From contig NW_027362767.1 in assembly GCF_046119375.1 (NCBI RefSeq), positions 434,124,001 to 434,188,000 on the forward strand: a DNA stretch of 64,000 nt, in the 5' to 3' direction. The translations under genes were made by a program, and so were the position numbers. Source of the stretch: Phyllobates terribilis (Eukaryota). Shown here piece by piece: positions 50,973 through 64,000 of this stretch. Within the stretch, counting starts at the first letter, position 1. The number at the start of each line of letters is the position of its first letter. Below the pieces are notes generated by a model. That model saw only the letters and a list, made by a program, of their open reading frames with translations. It did no database searches and was not told where the DNA came from.

Positions 50973-51775
50973 GACCAAGTGCCCACGTAGCGTTTTTGCG
51001 GCGTTTTTACGGCTGAGAAAACGCTTGTAAAACCGTCTGCCATGCAAAGCAATGTGAATTCGGATGTGCTGTGCACATGATGCGCTACTAAGCGCGCCGA
51101 ATTCGCATTGCGTTGCAAAACGCAGCAAGACCATTTCTACCGCGATTAAGCTGCAAATTCGCGGCCATTGAGGAACATTGAAACGCAGCAAACCCGATGC
51201 GAATTTGCAGTGTAATCGCGGTGCGTGTGGTACCCAGGATGAAGAGGAAACTACAACCCCTCTTCATCGAGGCTACCACGCGGTGAAAAAAAAGAAATAA
51301 AAAAGTTAAAAATAAAAAAAACCTGTATGCTCACCTCTCCGGTCTTCTCCCGGCCGCGTCCTCTCTCCTCGGCGTCCCGCGGTATACTTGCAGAACCTGC
51401 GGTGATGTCATTTAGTCAGCTAATGGTCACGCGACCGCTGACGTCAGCGGTCAGGTGATGGTCGTGTGACCATCAGCTGACTAAATGACGTCACCTCAGG
51501 TCCTGCTTTTTAATTCTTTTTTTTTTTTTTTTTATACTATAGATGCAGCATTTAAAGCATCTAAGTTGGTCACATAATATAAATCCATGCCAGTCAAGCA
51601 CTTTTCCAAGTGATGCTCAAAATCGCTTGGAAAAGTGCTTGAAAAAACGCATGTGAAAACGCTGAAAAAACGCTTCTCTCTGGCAGAAAAAACGCATGTA
51701 AATCTGCATGCGTTTTTTTCTGCCAGAGAGAGGCAAAAACGCTCTGCATCAAATCTGCTATGTGGGCACATAGCC
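50973..51775. mobile_element. PIF/Harbinger-like MITE
   Basis: TAA|GACCAAGTGCCCAC...GTGGGCACATAGCC|TAA, with internal GCGTTTT/AAAACGC inverted motifs. Confidence 0.5.
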
Positions 51776-52133
51776 TAAGAGGGTTATTCCCTATGAATAA
51801 GATAAGGGTTAACATCCTGATGGCTGAGCGTCTGACCACCGGGACTCCAGTGATCTCGAGTTCCAGGCTCTACAGACTGAAGATGCAGATGCTGGACCTC
51901 CGCTCCGTTCATTGTCTATGGGTCTGAGTACAACTCAGCTATTTTCGGAAGTCCCATAGATTATGAATGGAGCAAAGGCTGAAAATTCAAGACTCGTTAC
52001 AGAGCCCTGTTCTCTGGCTTCCAAGATCATTTGGGGGATACCAGTGGTCAGACCCTATGGATCCCCTCCCCCCCTGGTTAACTTATTTTTGATTTTTGGG
52101 AGAATAACCCTTTAAGGACAGATGCAGCATTAA

Positions 52134-53747
52134 AGGGGTATTCCCATCTCCAAGATCCTATCCCAATATGTAGTAGGTGTAATAATAATATTAGCAAGTA
52201 CCTCCAATTAGAAATGTAGTATAGTATTTTTGATTCGCTATGTCTCTTTCCTCATGTGCAGGCATTGCAGGACCTTAGGTATCCATGGTTATGACGCGCC
52301 CCCTTGGGCCATGGGGTACTCGGTAGCCGGGCCGGTCCTTGTTTGGGGTAGTCACAGTGACAGTGACCCGGTCTGTGGCCTAGGGCAGTCAATAAGAAAA
52401 GTCAATTGGGGAATAAAGATAAGATTTGTGACGCCACCTGTGGTATGCGGCTATAGGGGGCCGCCGCTGCTGTTCAGATCCACTGGGGCCATTGGTGATG
52501 CAGCAAAGATGGTTCATCTTTTCACGGGTAGAGCTAGGCCTCAGGACAGTTAAAGAGATTAATTTAGATGTTGGTGTAGTGCAAGGCAGGTGACGCAGTT
52601 ATTAAGTCAAGGACACAGTGGGGTGCAGTCTTCAAGTGTTTACTCACAGTTCTTATGAGGTTGCAGGTTACAACTGCCAGCAGGTTATAACAGCCCACCG
52701 CGTACTGTGTCCTCCGGGGAAGTGATCCAGCCAACTGTCAGATAACTTGGGTGCACTTGATCGGGACCCCCTTCTTGTGTATCTTTCCCGGGTCGTCTCT
52801 CTGCGCTGGCTCTCGCCCTCCTGCCCTGCGCCTCACACACAGTGTCCCAAGCCAGTGGCCCCGGGCCTTGTCGGGCGACGTCCTCTGAGTCCCCTTGGTC
52901 CTATATGGCCACCTTTTCAGCGAATGTGTGTGGGTTTGGCTACGGCACTTAGAGATACCGCAACCTCCGGTTTGCTAGCTGAGTCTTGTAGTCCTCCACT
53001 AGTCTGGGGCCAGTCCCCTACTGCGACCTGATCCCTTCACGGTCGGGGTGAACTCGGGCGGACGGGTGGACTCCGCACTTCCCGTGTCCCTAGGATCCTT
53101 TCTCTCACTCTGGAGCCTTTCTCACTGCTCCGGTCTTCTCTCCTCACTCGCGGTGACAGACTCCTGTCACCAACTCCACTCCAACTCCTACTCCTACTCC
53201 CTTTCTAGATCTTTCTATCCTTCTTTTCATACTACTCTCTGTCATGTGACCCACGTCACCAATTGTCACTCAACGTGGTCCCCTCTAACTTCAGTGCTCC
53301 CCTAAACTACTTCCTCCACCCACCTCCTCTACTTAGTTCCATTCTCCAGACAGGGACCGGGTCTGTGCTCTCCCTCAGGAGCAATCTCGCCCTTCCCTAA
53401 TGGAGTGGTGTGGTGTTGGATGTGGGTGTGTGGGTCCCGGGTCAGGTAGTGCTCCCTACTTACCTGAGAGTGGGGTACCACACCTCTGGCTGAGATGCAG
53501 TACCTCTGTGGCGACTGGACCCGCAGGGGCGCCACAGTTACGTCCACTGATAAAGTCACAGTTAGTTAGCTGGTTGCTAGTGGTCATAGCCATGGATACC
53601 TAAGGTCCTGCGATGCCCTGCACATGAGGTAAGAGACATAGCGAATCAAAAATACTATACTACATTTCTAATTGGAGGTATTTGCTAATATTATTATTAT
53701 TACACCTACTACATATTGGGATAGGATCTTGGAGATTGGAATACCCT
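52134..53747. mobile_element. Palindromic MITE (TTAA-AGGGGTA terminus, ~160-bp arms) interrupted by a solo LTR
   Basis: 52134-52290 is nearly the reverse complement of ~53590-53747 (CCAAGATCCTATCCCAATATGTAGTAGGTGTAATAATAAT...GGATACCTAAGGTCC). Confidence 0.8.
52292..53536. mobile_element. Solo LTR-like element (TGACGCGCCCC...GGGGCGCCACA), copy 2
   Basis: Perfect 4-bp TSD GTTA (52288-52291 and 53537-53540). Same family as 48561-49826. Confidence 0.88.
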
Positions 53748-55552
53748 TTTACCCCACTGTTATGTTTGGGATTGATTTATTCGTTACTGATTGCTATGGG
53801 TTATTGCTGCCCCTGTGGTGCTGAAGTCTTATTGCCATGTAAATATCACTCTGGGCCATATTATATCAGGGTGCTTGTGGTTTACTTGTATTGTCGTAGC
53901 TGCAGATGATCGCCGTGGCCCATGCTCTGCAGAGCTGCCGCCTTGTGGGAAGTAGGACGTGTTTTTCCCATTTTAGGTCTAGGACCAGACATTAGGAGAT
54001 CAGTGCAAATGGAAAGCAAATGGCATATGTGCCAGAATGTGGCTTACGATCAGTCTAGGGCTAGGTCCCCTTTTTTTTTTTTAAATTAACCTACACACAT
54101 ATCGATGACAGTTCTTTGTTTAATTACATGTACTAGATTAAAAAGAAAAGACAGTTTCGTCAGCATCCTAGAAAAAAAATCCAGAAACATTTTCATTTAG
54201 ACTTGTTATTCACCTGTCATGGCTCCGGGGCCAGGGTTTGTTCCCTTCTCCTATGTCTGGCTCCCCCTGTGCTAGCCCACACTGGGTTACTATGGAAGGC
54301 GCCTCGGATGTCATCATTCAAGGTCTTTTAATGCTGATTCAGGCGGCTGTGTGCTGCCTGAGTATTCAGGTGGTGGTTTACTCTGCAACCACATGCGTTC
54401 CTGGAGTCAAGTCACACATTCAATTATTTTTTTTCATTTAAAAGATGTCCCATTTAAATTCTGGTTACAGGAGAATTCGGAGAGAAGGTGCCATCTTTTG
54501 TGCCCTTACCAGACGGATATGAACTTCCCTATTATAGTACACCAGAAGACCCCCCACTAAGAAGACTGGCCATCCATGAGAGGCGGACCTAGAGGGGCCG
54601 GTGATTTTACGAGTAGTCAGTGACGCTGGAGGTGCCTGCTGATCTAAAGCTGCTGGTGGATACACAGGTGTCAGCGATTAAAAAAAGCGGGGGATCCTAG
54701 CTATAGGAGGGGGCTGCTGAGAGATGACAAACTGACGCTGCGACCGGAGGAGGAGAGCGCTACAATCCTGCACAATATTACAATTGTGAAATAATAATAA
54801 TCGCCTGCAGCGGCCTCTGTCTCTTAATATTATGTGAATCAGTGTATTAACTGGTCAGGAGACAACTATAGTCTCAGTGGATCTAGAATCAGCGATACTA
54901 TGGATCCCGGTAGATCTAAAGGTCTCAGCGATTCTAGAGGTACAATTAGTACTAGTGGGACCATGGCCCAAAAAGAACCCGATTTATCAATCATTTCTGA
55001 CAGTTACTTGATAGTTATTAACGAGGAACAATCTTCTTTAGAGGAAGACTGTAATTAATATCTCTTTTGGGCAATCTGGTAAGAAAACCATGAAACCGCT
55101 GAGGGGGCAACACTCCACCAAAGTCAGAAGCGGGAATGTGTGAGCGTAGTGGATAGAGGCGCCAGATTGGCTGTCACTGAGTCTGTTGTGGAGGTGGCTC
55201 CACCTTGTGGTTGGTGGCAGTATGCACTTGTACAATCTTTCCCCACACCCTCTGCAGAGTCTGTGAAGGCAGATGAAATATGCAAATTGCCTCTTCATAG
55301 AGGAAGAGGACTAGAACTCTAGCGCCACCTATGGGAAGAAGCGATCCTAGAAGTCAATATTAACCCTTTAATGAGCGTTGCAATTTGACTTAGGATAAAA
55401 GCCTAAGCAAAATAAAAAAGCAAAGCCACAGTAAGAGAAATTAGAATTCCCCCAAAAATTCAAGTATTAACACAGCAAAAAAGGGGCAGCAGCGTTTACC
55501 TGCCCAGGTCTCAGAACTAATGCACTATCAGGGTGCAGCAAAGCCAGAGAGT

Positions 55553-56011
55553 AAAGATGGCGGCAACACAGGTGCAAAATACTGATGAGACAATCACTCA
55601 CAACCTGCCAGCTCATGGAGGGGGTGATTGCTTAGTATTAGGATTGCACACAGAAAAAGCTTGTATAGGGCACTTGCGTATTTTGGCCAAATTATTTATG
55701 TTTTTTTGCCCGTTATCTATATTGAAGGTGCAGCCAGGCTCATAAATGTTGGTCTTGCGAGCTGGGATGTCTGTCCTCATGTGGTGCATTTATATAGTGC
55801 TGTGCGGCCCGTCTGATCTAATAGTATGAGCGTCACTAATAGCCTGTAAGCCAGACATTGTGCACTGCCTGTGTGTGACCAGCGCCCTACACAAGCTTTT
55901 TCTGTGTGCAGTCCTAATACTAAGCAGTCACCCCCTCCATGAGCTCCATGAGCTGGCAGGTTGTGAGTGGTTGTCTCATCAGTATTTTGCACCTGTGTTG
56001 CCGCCATCTTT
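55553..56011. mobile_element. MITE-like inverted repeat (~120-bp arms, ~210-bp spacer)
   Basis: AAAGATGGCGGCAACACAGGTGCAAAATACTGATGAGAC... (55553-55671) pairs with 55884-56011. Confidence 0.7.
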
Positions 56012-58199
56012 ATTAAATGGGTTTGCTGCATCCTGCATTAGTTCTGACACCTGGGCAGGTAAACACTGCTGCCCCTTTTTTGATGTGTTAAAAGCCAAAC
56101 CAGAATCTCAATTTGTAGACAGAGTGTTTCGGGTTATTGCCCCTCATCGATGCAAAGTATGAGATTTGGCTATGTGAGAGGCTTAAGGACTGAGATCTAA
56201 GGGGTAAATGTCTCTCCTTGTGCAGAGTGACAAGCAAGGCCTGGCATGCTTGTAAGGAGACTTATACGCCATGCTTGCTCCTCTGGGAAATTAAATATGC
56301 AAATTGCCTCTTGAGAGAGATGAGGTCGTCCTGTCCCAGGACTGTAGGTCACAGTGGCAATGTCGCCGCCAGTCCTGCGCTCCTCCTACATTGTGTCATA
56401 GAGATGATTGCACATCCGCAGTTTTGCCATGAATCATGAATGTGTCTGATCCCTCCACACTGATGTGTGCAGGACGTGTGGTGACATCTCCAGCCAGAGA
56501 CCCCACAGCAGAGGTGTCTGCTCATTCTGCGCTTAGTGTTTACTCTGGGGTCTGTACGTATTCTAGGGTCAGTATTTGGGGTCTGTTCCTGTATATATAG
56601 TAATTCTGAGGAGCTGGGTTGGGGTCTGTAGTTATTCTGGGGTCTGATGGGGGATGTACTGTCGCTTTGGGGTGTGATGGAGGAGTCCTAGCCATGTCCT
56701 ATGTAAACAGGGTAAATTCTTTGTCCCTTGTTACGCTGCTTCATGAAACCCCCTGATGTAACTAGTGTAAGGTAGTAGTGTGTGCTGTATGTGTTGTATA
56801 CACTATATACAGTAAAGATTACAATAAAGGAGCGCCATATTCTTAATCTTTCAGTGTAAACAGGCTGCCGATCACTTGATGGAACGAGCGTTTAGCAAAA
56901 ATGATCTTTTGTGCAGCACAAATGATCATGGTTCTCGGCAGCGCATTGTCCTGTGTAAACAGGACTCCTGCAACTGAGAACAATGGCAGCCTATGCACTG
57001 AGTGATCTAGTACAGATCCACACATCTACAGATCTATTACAGATCGCTCAGTGTGCATCATTTACCGCCGTCTGTCAGTGTAAACCGGCTGTGAAACTAC
57101 CGCCGTTCAGTAACGGTTTATGGATTGGCGGTTGTTTGGTGTCACTGGTCGGTCCATGTAAACAGACCCTTAGTTGGTTACAAGCCCAGCATGAAGGGAT
57201 CAGCAAGCCATTAACCCCGTGTTCTTTGTAAGATTTCTACAAGACTGTTTATTTCCGGAACATGCAAACTGACAAACAGCAGGGACAAGATTATCTTCTG
57301 TTTCTTTGCATCACTCATTTTTAGGGTTAGCATTCCTTTAAGGTTTCTCATTCATGAGCGAATAAATTGCCTGCAGTATTGTTGATGGTTTATTACTTTC
57401 ACCGTTATGATCGGGAAGAGTTTGTGAGATCGTTCATTCGCCCTCTTCCGTCATACACATAACGTTGCTGTTGGCAGCACATTTCCAGGTTTACACGGAC
57501 GATGCTGCCAACCGAAGATAATATCTAAGTCCACACAAAGGATGAAGTCAATCAAAACCTTCAGTCTGTAATACCTGAGGAAGCAGTGCAAGAGCTGCGA
57601 AACGCTAAACTCTGCTCAGATTATATTTTACTGCTCCACATGATGTATGATACATGGAGTGCACATTGCTCCCAGCTATAGGGATTGTGCATACCTCCGT
57701 TCAGCCCGCTGGGCCTATAAATACTTGGAATCCCTGGGTCTATGCACTCACTACCCCCCACCCCAGCCTGTGACCCGGATTCTAAAACTAGCCATGTGTG
57801 TAAGATGGAAGCCGGTGAAGAAGCGATCGATCGTCTTCTGAATATTCCACCAGTAGAGCCATACGCATCTCAGTCCACATTAGGCGTCACAGTTGTGTAA
57901 CTTGGGCCATACTGATTTCCTGACATCAGGAGGACGACATCTCTTGTGTGTGACTGTTGGAGAAACTTGTCCAATTCTTTCCAAAACATGGTGTAGTATT
58001 CTCGGGCCGCTAAAATGATCATCCATTGTTACATTTCACCCGACCGGTGTTTGTTGCAGCGGCTGAAATCAGCTCTAATCTTATGTGGGTCTTTATGACC
58101 TATGACTATTATCATCATACTCTGGTCTCCAGAGTCTCTCTGTACAGTGATATTCTCTGTATAGCAATTATTAGCGATGACCAGTAGAGGGCGGCATCG

Positions 58200-61100
58200 C
58201 CATTATTTTTTCCTACTTCTGTCCTTTTTATTGGTGATCCTAAACTTGCCCGGGGTCTTTGTGATTCAATGCATCGAACACTTTGTGTTGTGTCCCCAGC
58301 AATTTTTTTCGGAGTTATCGAAAGTGGCGTACATTTTTTCATCAGGAGATGCCTTGGCGTGGGCGGCACAATTATGGGAGTGGGACGTTTCCATGATGCA
58401 TTCTCCACCATCCTTCCTGTCTGCCATTCGGAGAGTGTTTGATGAACCTGGTCATGTCTACTCAGCTGCTGACTCCATACTGCGGCCTAACTCTGTGGGA
58501 CAATATGCCATTCTGGTCCGCATCCTTTCTGTGGAATTGGCCTGGAACGATGATGCCCTCCTGGTGGTCGTCTACGATGGCTTATCCAGTCAGATCAAAG
58601 ATGAACGTTCTGGCAGAGATTTGTCATCTCTCCTTGGTGAATAAATCTCTCTCAACGTCCAAGTGGACTTACATTTTACAGAGCAGTGAAGGGACAAAGC
58701 TCAAGATTCCCGTGTCCCAAATTCCAAAGCTTCTTCTCCCAGGAAGCCGAACCAGAACCCATGGAAATCGCCTTTTGTTTAACATTTTTTTCAGGTGAAG
58801 GATGAGGGATCGCCCTGGGATTAACTCTGTCCTCCACTAAAGTCAAGTTGCTTGTACTAGTGTCTATTACCTTCGGTTCCTCTGTGTTCACAGCACAAGC
58901 GTTCATTGATTTATAGAACTACAGAGAATTTTATTGACCTTTTTTCTTTTTGCGAAATGGCTGAAGATTGAAGTTTTCTTTTGTTTTGCTGAAGTTAATC
59001 TCTGCGAATGGCTCTGTGGTCGTATCCAATTCCGGACAGAGAAGGTAACTCTTCAGGTTGATGAACTACATGTTGAGGATATTTCTTTTTTCAATTTTGT
59101 CACTTTCTGACCCACCGGTGCTATAGGGACTTCAGTGGCTACGGCTACATGCTTGGGTCATTAATTGGTCGTCCGACCAGATCACCCGGTGGGGATCATA
59201 TTGCTTTCATAATTGCCTCAATGCTCTGCCTCTACCTACTTCTCTGAAACTCTGTTCTGCCTCCATTATGCCTCCTCCTTTACCTGGACTTCACCTTTAA
59301 GCTGATGGATGAGATACTCAGGGGCAGATATACCATTGGTGCAACCTGTGCAGCCGCACAGTGGCCCAAGAGGTAAGGGGGCCACAGCCACCTCCAAATC
59401 AGCAAGCAGTTTGTGTCACAGACAAGATATTGGAACTCGAAGGTCCCATATACTGTTCTTTCATAGGCGCCCTCTTCTGTCCGTGTCCGCTACTGGAGAT
59501 CCTACCTCCACATCGGCCATTTGACCTCTGCCAGTACCAGTTTTCCTGGTGCAGAACCACCCAGAGGAATAATTTATCCTCTTATCTTTCCCTGAGACTG
59601 AGGCGATGTCCTCATACACTAAAGAGAATCTGGAAACGGGGTTCATCCAAAAAATCCTAATCTCCAGCCGGTGCACCTTCATAAAAAAAGAAAGACGCAT
59701 CCCTGATGCCGTACACAGACTATCGGGGTCAGAGTAAAATCACGCTGAAAACAGTTATCCATTGCCCCTCATCTCTGACTTATTCTACAGGATTAAAGGT
59801 GCTGCCGTCTTCACTAAAGTAGATCTGCGAGGATAATCTAATCCTCGTTAAAGAGGGTGACGAATGGAAAGACAACATTTAACACCTGTGGTGGTCACTA
59901 TGAAGATCTTGTCATGCCGTTTGGATTGTGAAATGCTCCGGCTGTTTTTAAGCATTTTGTGAATGAAACCTTTTGTGATGACTATGTCCTAGTCTATCTG
60001 AATGACACCCTAATCTTCTCCAAAGATCTAGACTCACATCCGTTCCATTCTGACGAGACTGTGCAACACAATCTTTATGCCTAGCAGGAAAAAATGTCTC
60101 TGAGCATCTTGAGCAGCCATTTATCGGATACGTCATCTCATCTGGAGATCTGCATCTGGATGCATTGAAGTTTCTGATATTTTGGATGGGCCGCAACCCG
60201 TTGATCTCAAAGTTCTCCAAAGATTCTTCAGCTTTGCAAATTTATTACCTCAATTTCATTAAAAATTATTCTAAAGTAGTAGCTCCTCTTACATCCTTAA
60301 CTCGAAAAGGCGCTAATTCTCAGGAACTGGTCGGATTCTGCTGTTCAAACCTTCCAGGAGTTTCGATCATGAGTTTCCACTGTCCTACACCATCCTGATG
60401 TTGACATGTCGTTTTTCCTTGAAGTGGATGTCTCTGCTATTGGTGTAGAAGCAGTTATCTCACAAAATTAATCTGGATCAGGAAATCCTTCCTGCAAATT
60501 ACTCTCCAATAATTTTTTTTTTTTTCAAAAGAACAGAATTATTTCATCGGTGACCCATGACCTCCTTAGCCATAAAATTAGTTCTTGAGGAATGGTGACA
60601 TCTTAAAAGGAGCTACAGTAAGTTCCTACTGACCATCTATAATGGCCATGAAAATCTGTAATATCTTCAGTCAGCCCATAGACTGAATTCCTTCAAGACT
60701 TAATAGTCACTTCTCTTCTCACAGTTTAACTTCATCCTGCAGAGAAAAACTGTAGAGTTGATGCCCTATCCAGGTCCTTTGAGCCATGTGGTTCCTATGA
60801 AGACTCGGCCTCACATGTAATTGAAGCTTAACATATTCTTACCACCAGCTATTCTTCTTCCAATTCTTCACCTAAAAAAAGTTCTCTAGTCTCAAAAGCT
60901 CTCCTCCAGAAAGTTTTTATTTTGGATCCATTCTTCTGTTGTCTCAGGTCATCCAGGACTTGAACTACTGACCTCCTTTCTTGTATCTGTTGGAGGCCCA
61001 AATGGAGACACAACATTAAAGAATTCATATTATCTTCTCCTCAGTGTGCACAGTTGAAATCCTCAGTTGACTGCAACACAACCCCAAAGCATGATTGATC

Positions 61101-63155
61101 CTCCACCATGCTTAATGGTTGGCGAGATGTTTTTTTCCTGAAATTCTGTGTCCTTTTTCCTCCACTCATACCTTTGATTATTGTGGCCAGAGTTCTATAT
61201 TAACCTCATCAGTCCACAGGACTTGTTTCCAAAAATGCATCAGGCTTGTTTAGATGTTTTTTTGCATACTTTTGACCCCTAATTCTATGATGAGGACGCA
61301 GGAGAGGTTTTCTTCTGATGACTCTTCCATGAAGGCCATATTTAAGCAGGTGTCTCTGAATGGTAGAACAATGTACCACAACTCCAGAGTCTGCTAAATA
61401 TTTCTGAAGGTCTTCTGCAGTCCAGCAGGGGTTCTGATTTGCCTCTGTAGCAATCCTACGAGCAGTTCTCACTGAAATTTTGCTTGGTCTTCCAGGCCTT
61501 ATCTTGACCTCCACTGTTCCTGGTAACTGCCATTTCTTAATTACATTTTGAACTGAGGAAAGGGCAACTTAAAAAACAGCTTTTCTGTCTTCTTATAGCC
61601 TTCCTCGCTTTGCGGGCCTCCACCATTTTCCTTTTCAGAGTGCTAGACAGCTTCTTAGAAAAACCCATGGCTGTTGTTTTTTGGCACAAGGTTAGAGGAG
61701 GCTGGTTCTTATAAAGCTGGGAAATTTGCATCATCTGGCCTTTCCTAATGATGGTAAACAAGCCATAACCTTGACAGGCTAATTAAGGTCTGAAACCTTG
61801 GTCAAAGTTATCTGAGCACACAAATCTTCAAGGGTGCAAAACATTTGCATCGGCCCACTTTCCTTTTTAATTTTTAAAATGTAAAAAGTGACAAATATAT
61901 ATATTTTTTTCTAAAATACAAAGGAAATTTGTCATCTTTACCTTTGGGCCTTTTAAGAGATCATTGTATCTTCAACTTGCTTAACTGCTCACAATAACAG
62001 TAATTTTGACCAGGGGTGTACAAACTTTTGCATGCCACTGTACATAAGATCTGGACTGAGGATCTAATTTGGCTGCAGCTGTGACTAAAACAGAGTGCTG
62101 ATGGACACCGTTGACCCGTTCCCAACATTTCTCCCAGAGATAAGGTTTAGCCTTCCACCAAAAACATAAGTTTAAAGAATCATTGCAAAAACTTTGTTCC
62201 TAAGTTCATCGCATCATTACTAATTGTTTAGTAAATTAATCCGGTCACATTCCTTCTGAATCTACCTGCTACGTTAAAAATTCCTAATGCTTTTCCTAGC
62301 TCCCTATCACACCCTCTGGTCCTCAACAAATTTTCTCTACAGTTCCTGCTTCTGCCTATAATTCAGAGTATGAGATCAACCAAATTCTGGACTGTTTATA
62401 AGGTTTATGAGAACTTTTATTACTTGATAGACTGGAGGGGTTACAGTCCAGAGATGTGCTGGGCACCAATAAAGGACATAAATGCTCTAACCTTGTTGAA
62501 GAGATTTCATGACAAGCATCCTGATTGTGCAATAACTGACTTCTGGGAAGGGTTCAAAATGGAAGGGGTACTGTTACGCATCTGTCTCGACTCCAGGGTC
62601 AAGCTTCGTTCCCTTTTCCTATGGCCACCACTATTTTCTTTGCTCCATGCCAAGTTTCACAAGTTGCTCGACGTAACTCACAGATATCAGCATCCAAGGC
62701 CTTTTACTGTCCACTTAGACAGATGTGATAGGTCTGAGTATTCAGTTGCTATTTGCTTCCATCCTGTTGTTTCAGCTTCAATCAGCTTTGCAATCTCCTG
62801 TGGTTTCTACAACTTGCATCTACTGCTGCTCAGTCTTGTTGATTAATCCATTGTTTGGTGTAACCATTGCAAACTGTGGTTTAGAAATCATTCACATTCC
62901 GCTGCAATCATCTGTGCTAACTCCTGTGGTTTCTGCAAATTGCATTTACTGCTCCATAGACCTGCAGGTTAACCTAACTTCTGCTGCATTCTGTTAACCC
63001 TTCATCTGCTGTCGTGTTTGTCTACACTTCAGGCTCTGTGGCTTCCGGTGTGTGCTGCTCCACTTGCTTGCAGCCCAGAATATCACATTGTACTGGTCCT
63101 TACCGCTGTGCAATCACCTGGCTTAGTGGATCCATCTCACCAGGTGAGCCTAACA
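58200..63155 (+). mobile_element. Heavily decayed chromodomain Gypsy element with its 3' LTR (62572-63155); 5' LTR not found
   Basis: gag remnant (KVAYIFSSGDALAWA), RT remnants (PLPLIS, FTKVDL, GHYEDLVMPFGL), RNase H (EVDVSA), chromodomain (YYLIDWRGYSPE), PPT GGAAGGGG-TAC|TGTTACG, LTR end CCTAACA. Confidence 0.8.
61065..62040 (-). mobile_element. Truncated Tc1 transposon inserted in the decayed Gypsy
   Basis: Intact terminus GCATGCCACTG|TA at 62040. Minus-strand transposase remnants (RPGRPSKIS...ARRKPLL...FLETSPVD...[11 protein letters not shown]). The other end is missing. Confidence 0.8.
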
Positions 63156-64000
63156 CAAGGGGAGGGAGCACTCTCTCTATGTGCCAGGATCTCATGAGAT
63201 CAGATCTTTATCTACAATCCCAGGAATCCTGCAGCACTGATACCAGATTCTCGTCCATGCAGGAATCAGATCTCAGAGGCACAGAGTGAACAGACCTCTA
63301 TGTTCCCAAGTCCGATAAGGCTAGAAGCTGGAAATGACACAAGAATGAGGCCGAGACTTGTATTTAATGCAGTTTATTGGTCACCGCTTCATAAAGACAT
63401 AAACTATAATGAAGTCAAAAAATAGATATAATATATAATATAATCCTCTAAAAATTACAGCACTAACACAGGGACTATACACAGAACAGCCCCTCCGCTG
63501 TCACCCCCTCTGTGACGGGCAGTGTCTCTTTATGGGCGGGTGCAGGCAGGAGGGGCCCCGACAATAAACATGCTCCTCAGTGAGGGTCCGCAGGCATCCA
63601 ACGGCTTCTCTTAGCCCAGTAGCTCAGTATGGTCCTCGTATGCTGCCCACATGGACGGTGGCGACACAATGGACAGTCCTCCATGCTGCAGCCACCACTG
63701 TCACTGAGGATAGGATAGGAGGACTCTGAGCAGAACGGGCACAAAGTTAAATGTACCATTCCCTCATTTCTATCATCTCTGAAGAAATCTGATCACTGGA
63801 AGATCCAGGCCCAAAAAGCAAGAGGCGCTCATCACCCTCCACACCAGGTCCGCACCGCATCTCAGGCAGCATGTAGATCTCGATGAGGATGGTGATGTGG
63901 ACAACACATGGTGTCAATGACAACAGTGCAGCTGACAGGATGGGCTGTCATCAGTCTCTCAGTTGTGCAGCCTCAGGCTTCGGGCCTAGGTATTCGAAAT

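Overview
Repeat-rich vertebrate genomic DNA; the repeat families suggest a frog (inference). Two spliced host genes lie tail-to-tail near 24.5-32.3 kb. On the + strand is a compact three-exon POLR1G (CD3EAP/PAF49, RNA polymerase I subunit, about 176 aa). On the - strand is a CIPC-family gene (CLOCK-interacting pacemaker-like) with three coding exons. Upstream are a 7.2 kb C-rich minisatellite, a promoter-like island at about 7.5 kb, and a ~9 kb 39-bp satellite. The satellite is split by a full-length but inactivated chromodomain Ty3/Gypsy retrotransposon (10107-16789, TSD TAGTG) whose primer site appears to be self-priming (Tf1/Sushi type). An array of six CTCF-like motifs separates the satellite from the POLR1G promoter. 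POLR1G intron 2 holds a non-autonomous Helitron made of paired CCAAT boxes with a 143-bp perfect inverted repeat. The rest is transposon debris: minisatellites (one with a fold-back inversion), CR1 fragments, solo LTRs, two Tc1 elements, a decayed hAT, MITEs and a second decayed Gypsy. Most very long ORFs in the ORF track are tandem-repeat artefacts. All gene and family assignments come from recalled motifs read by eye, with no database search.
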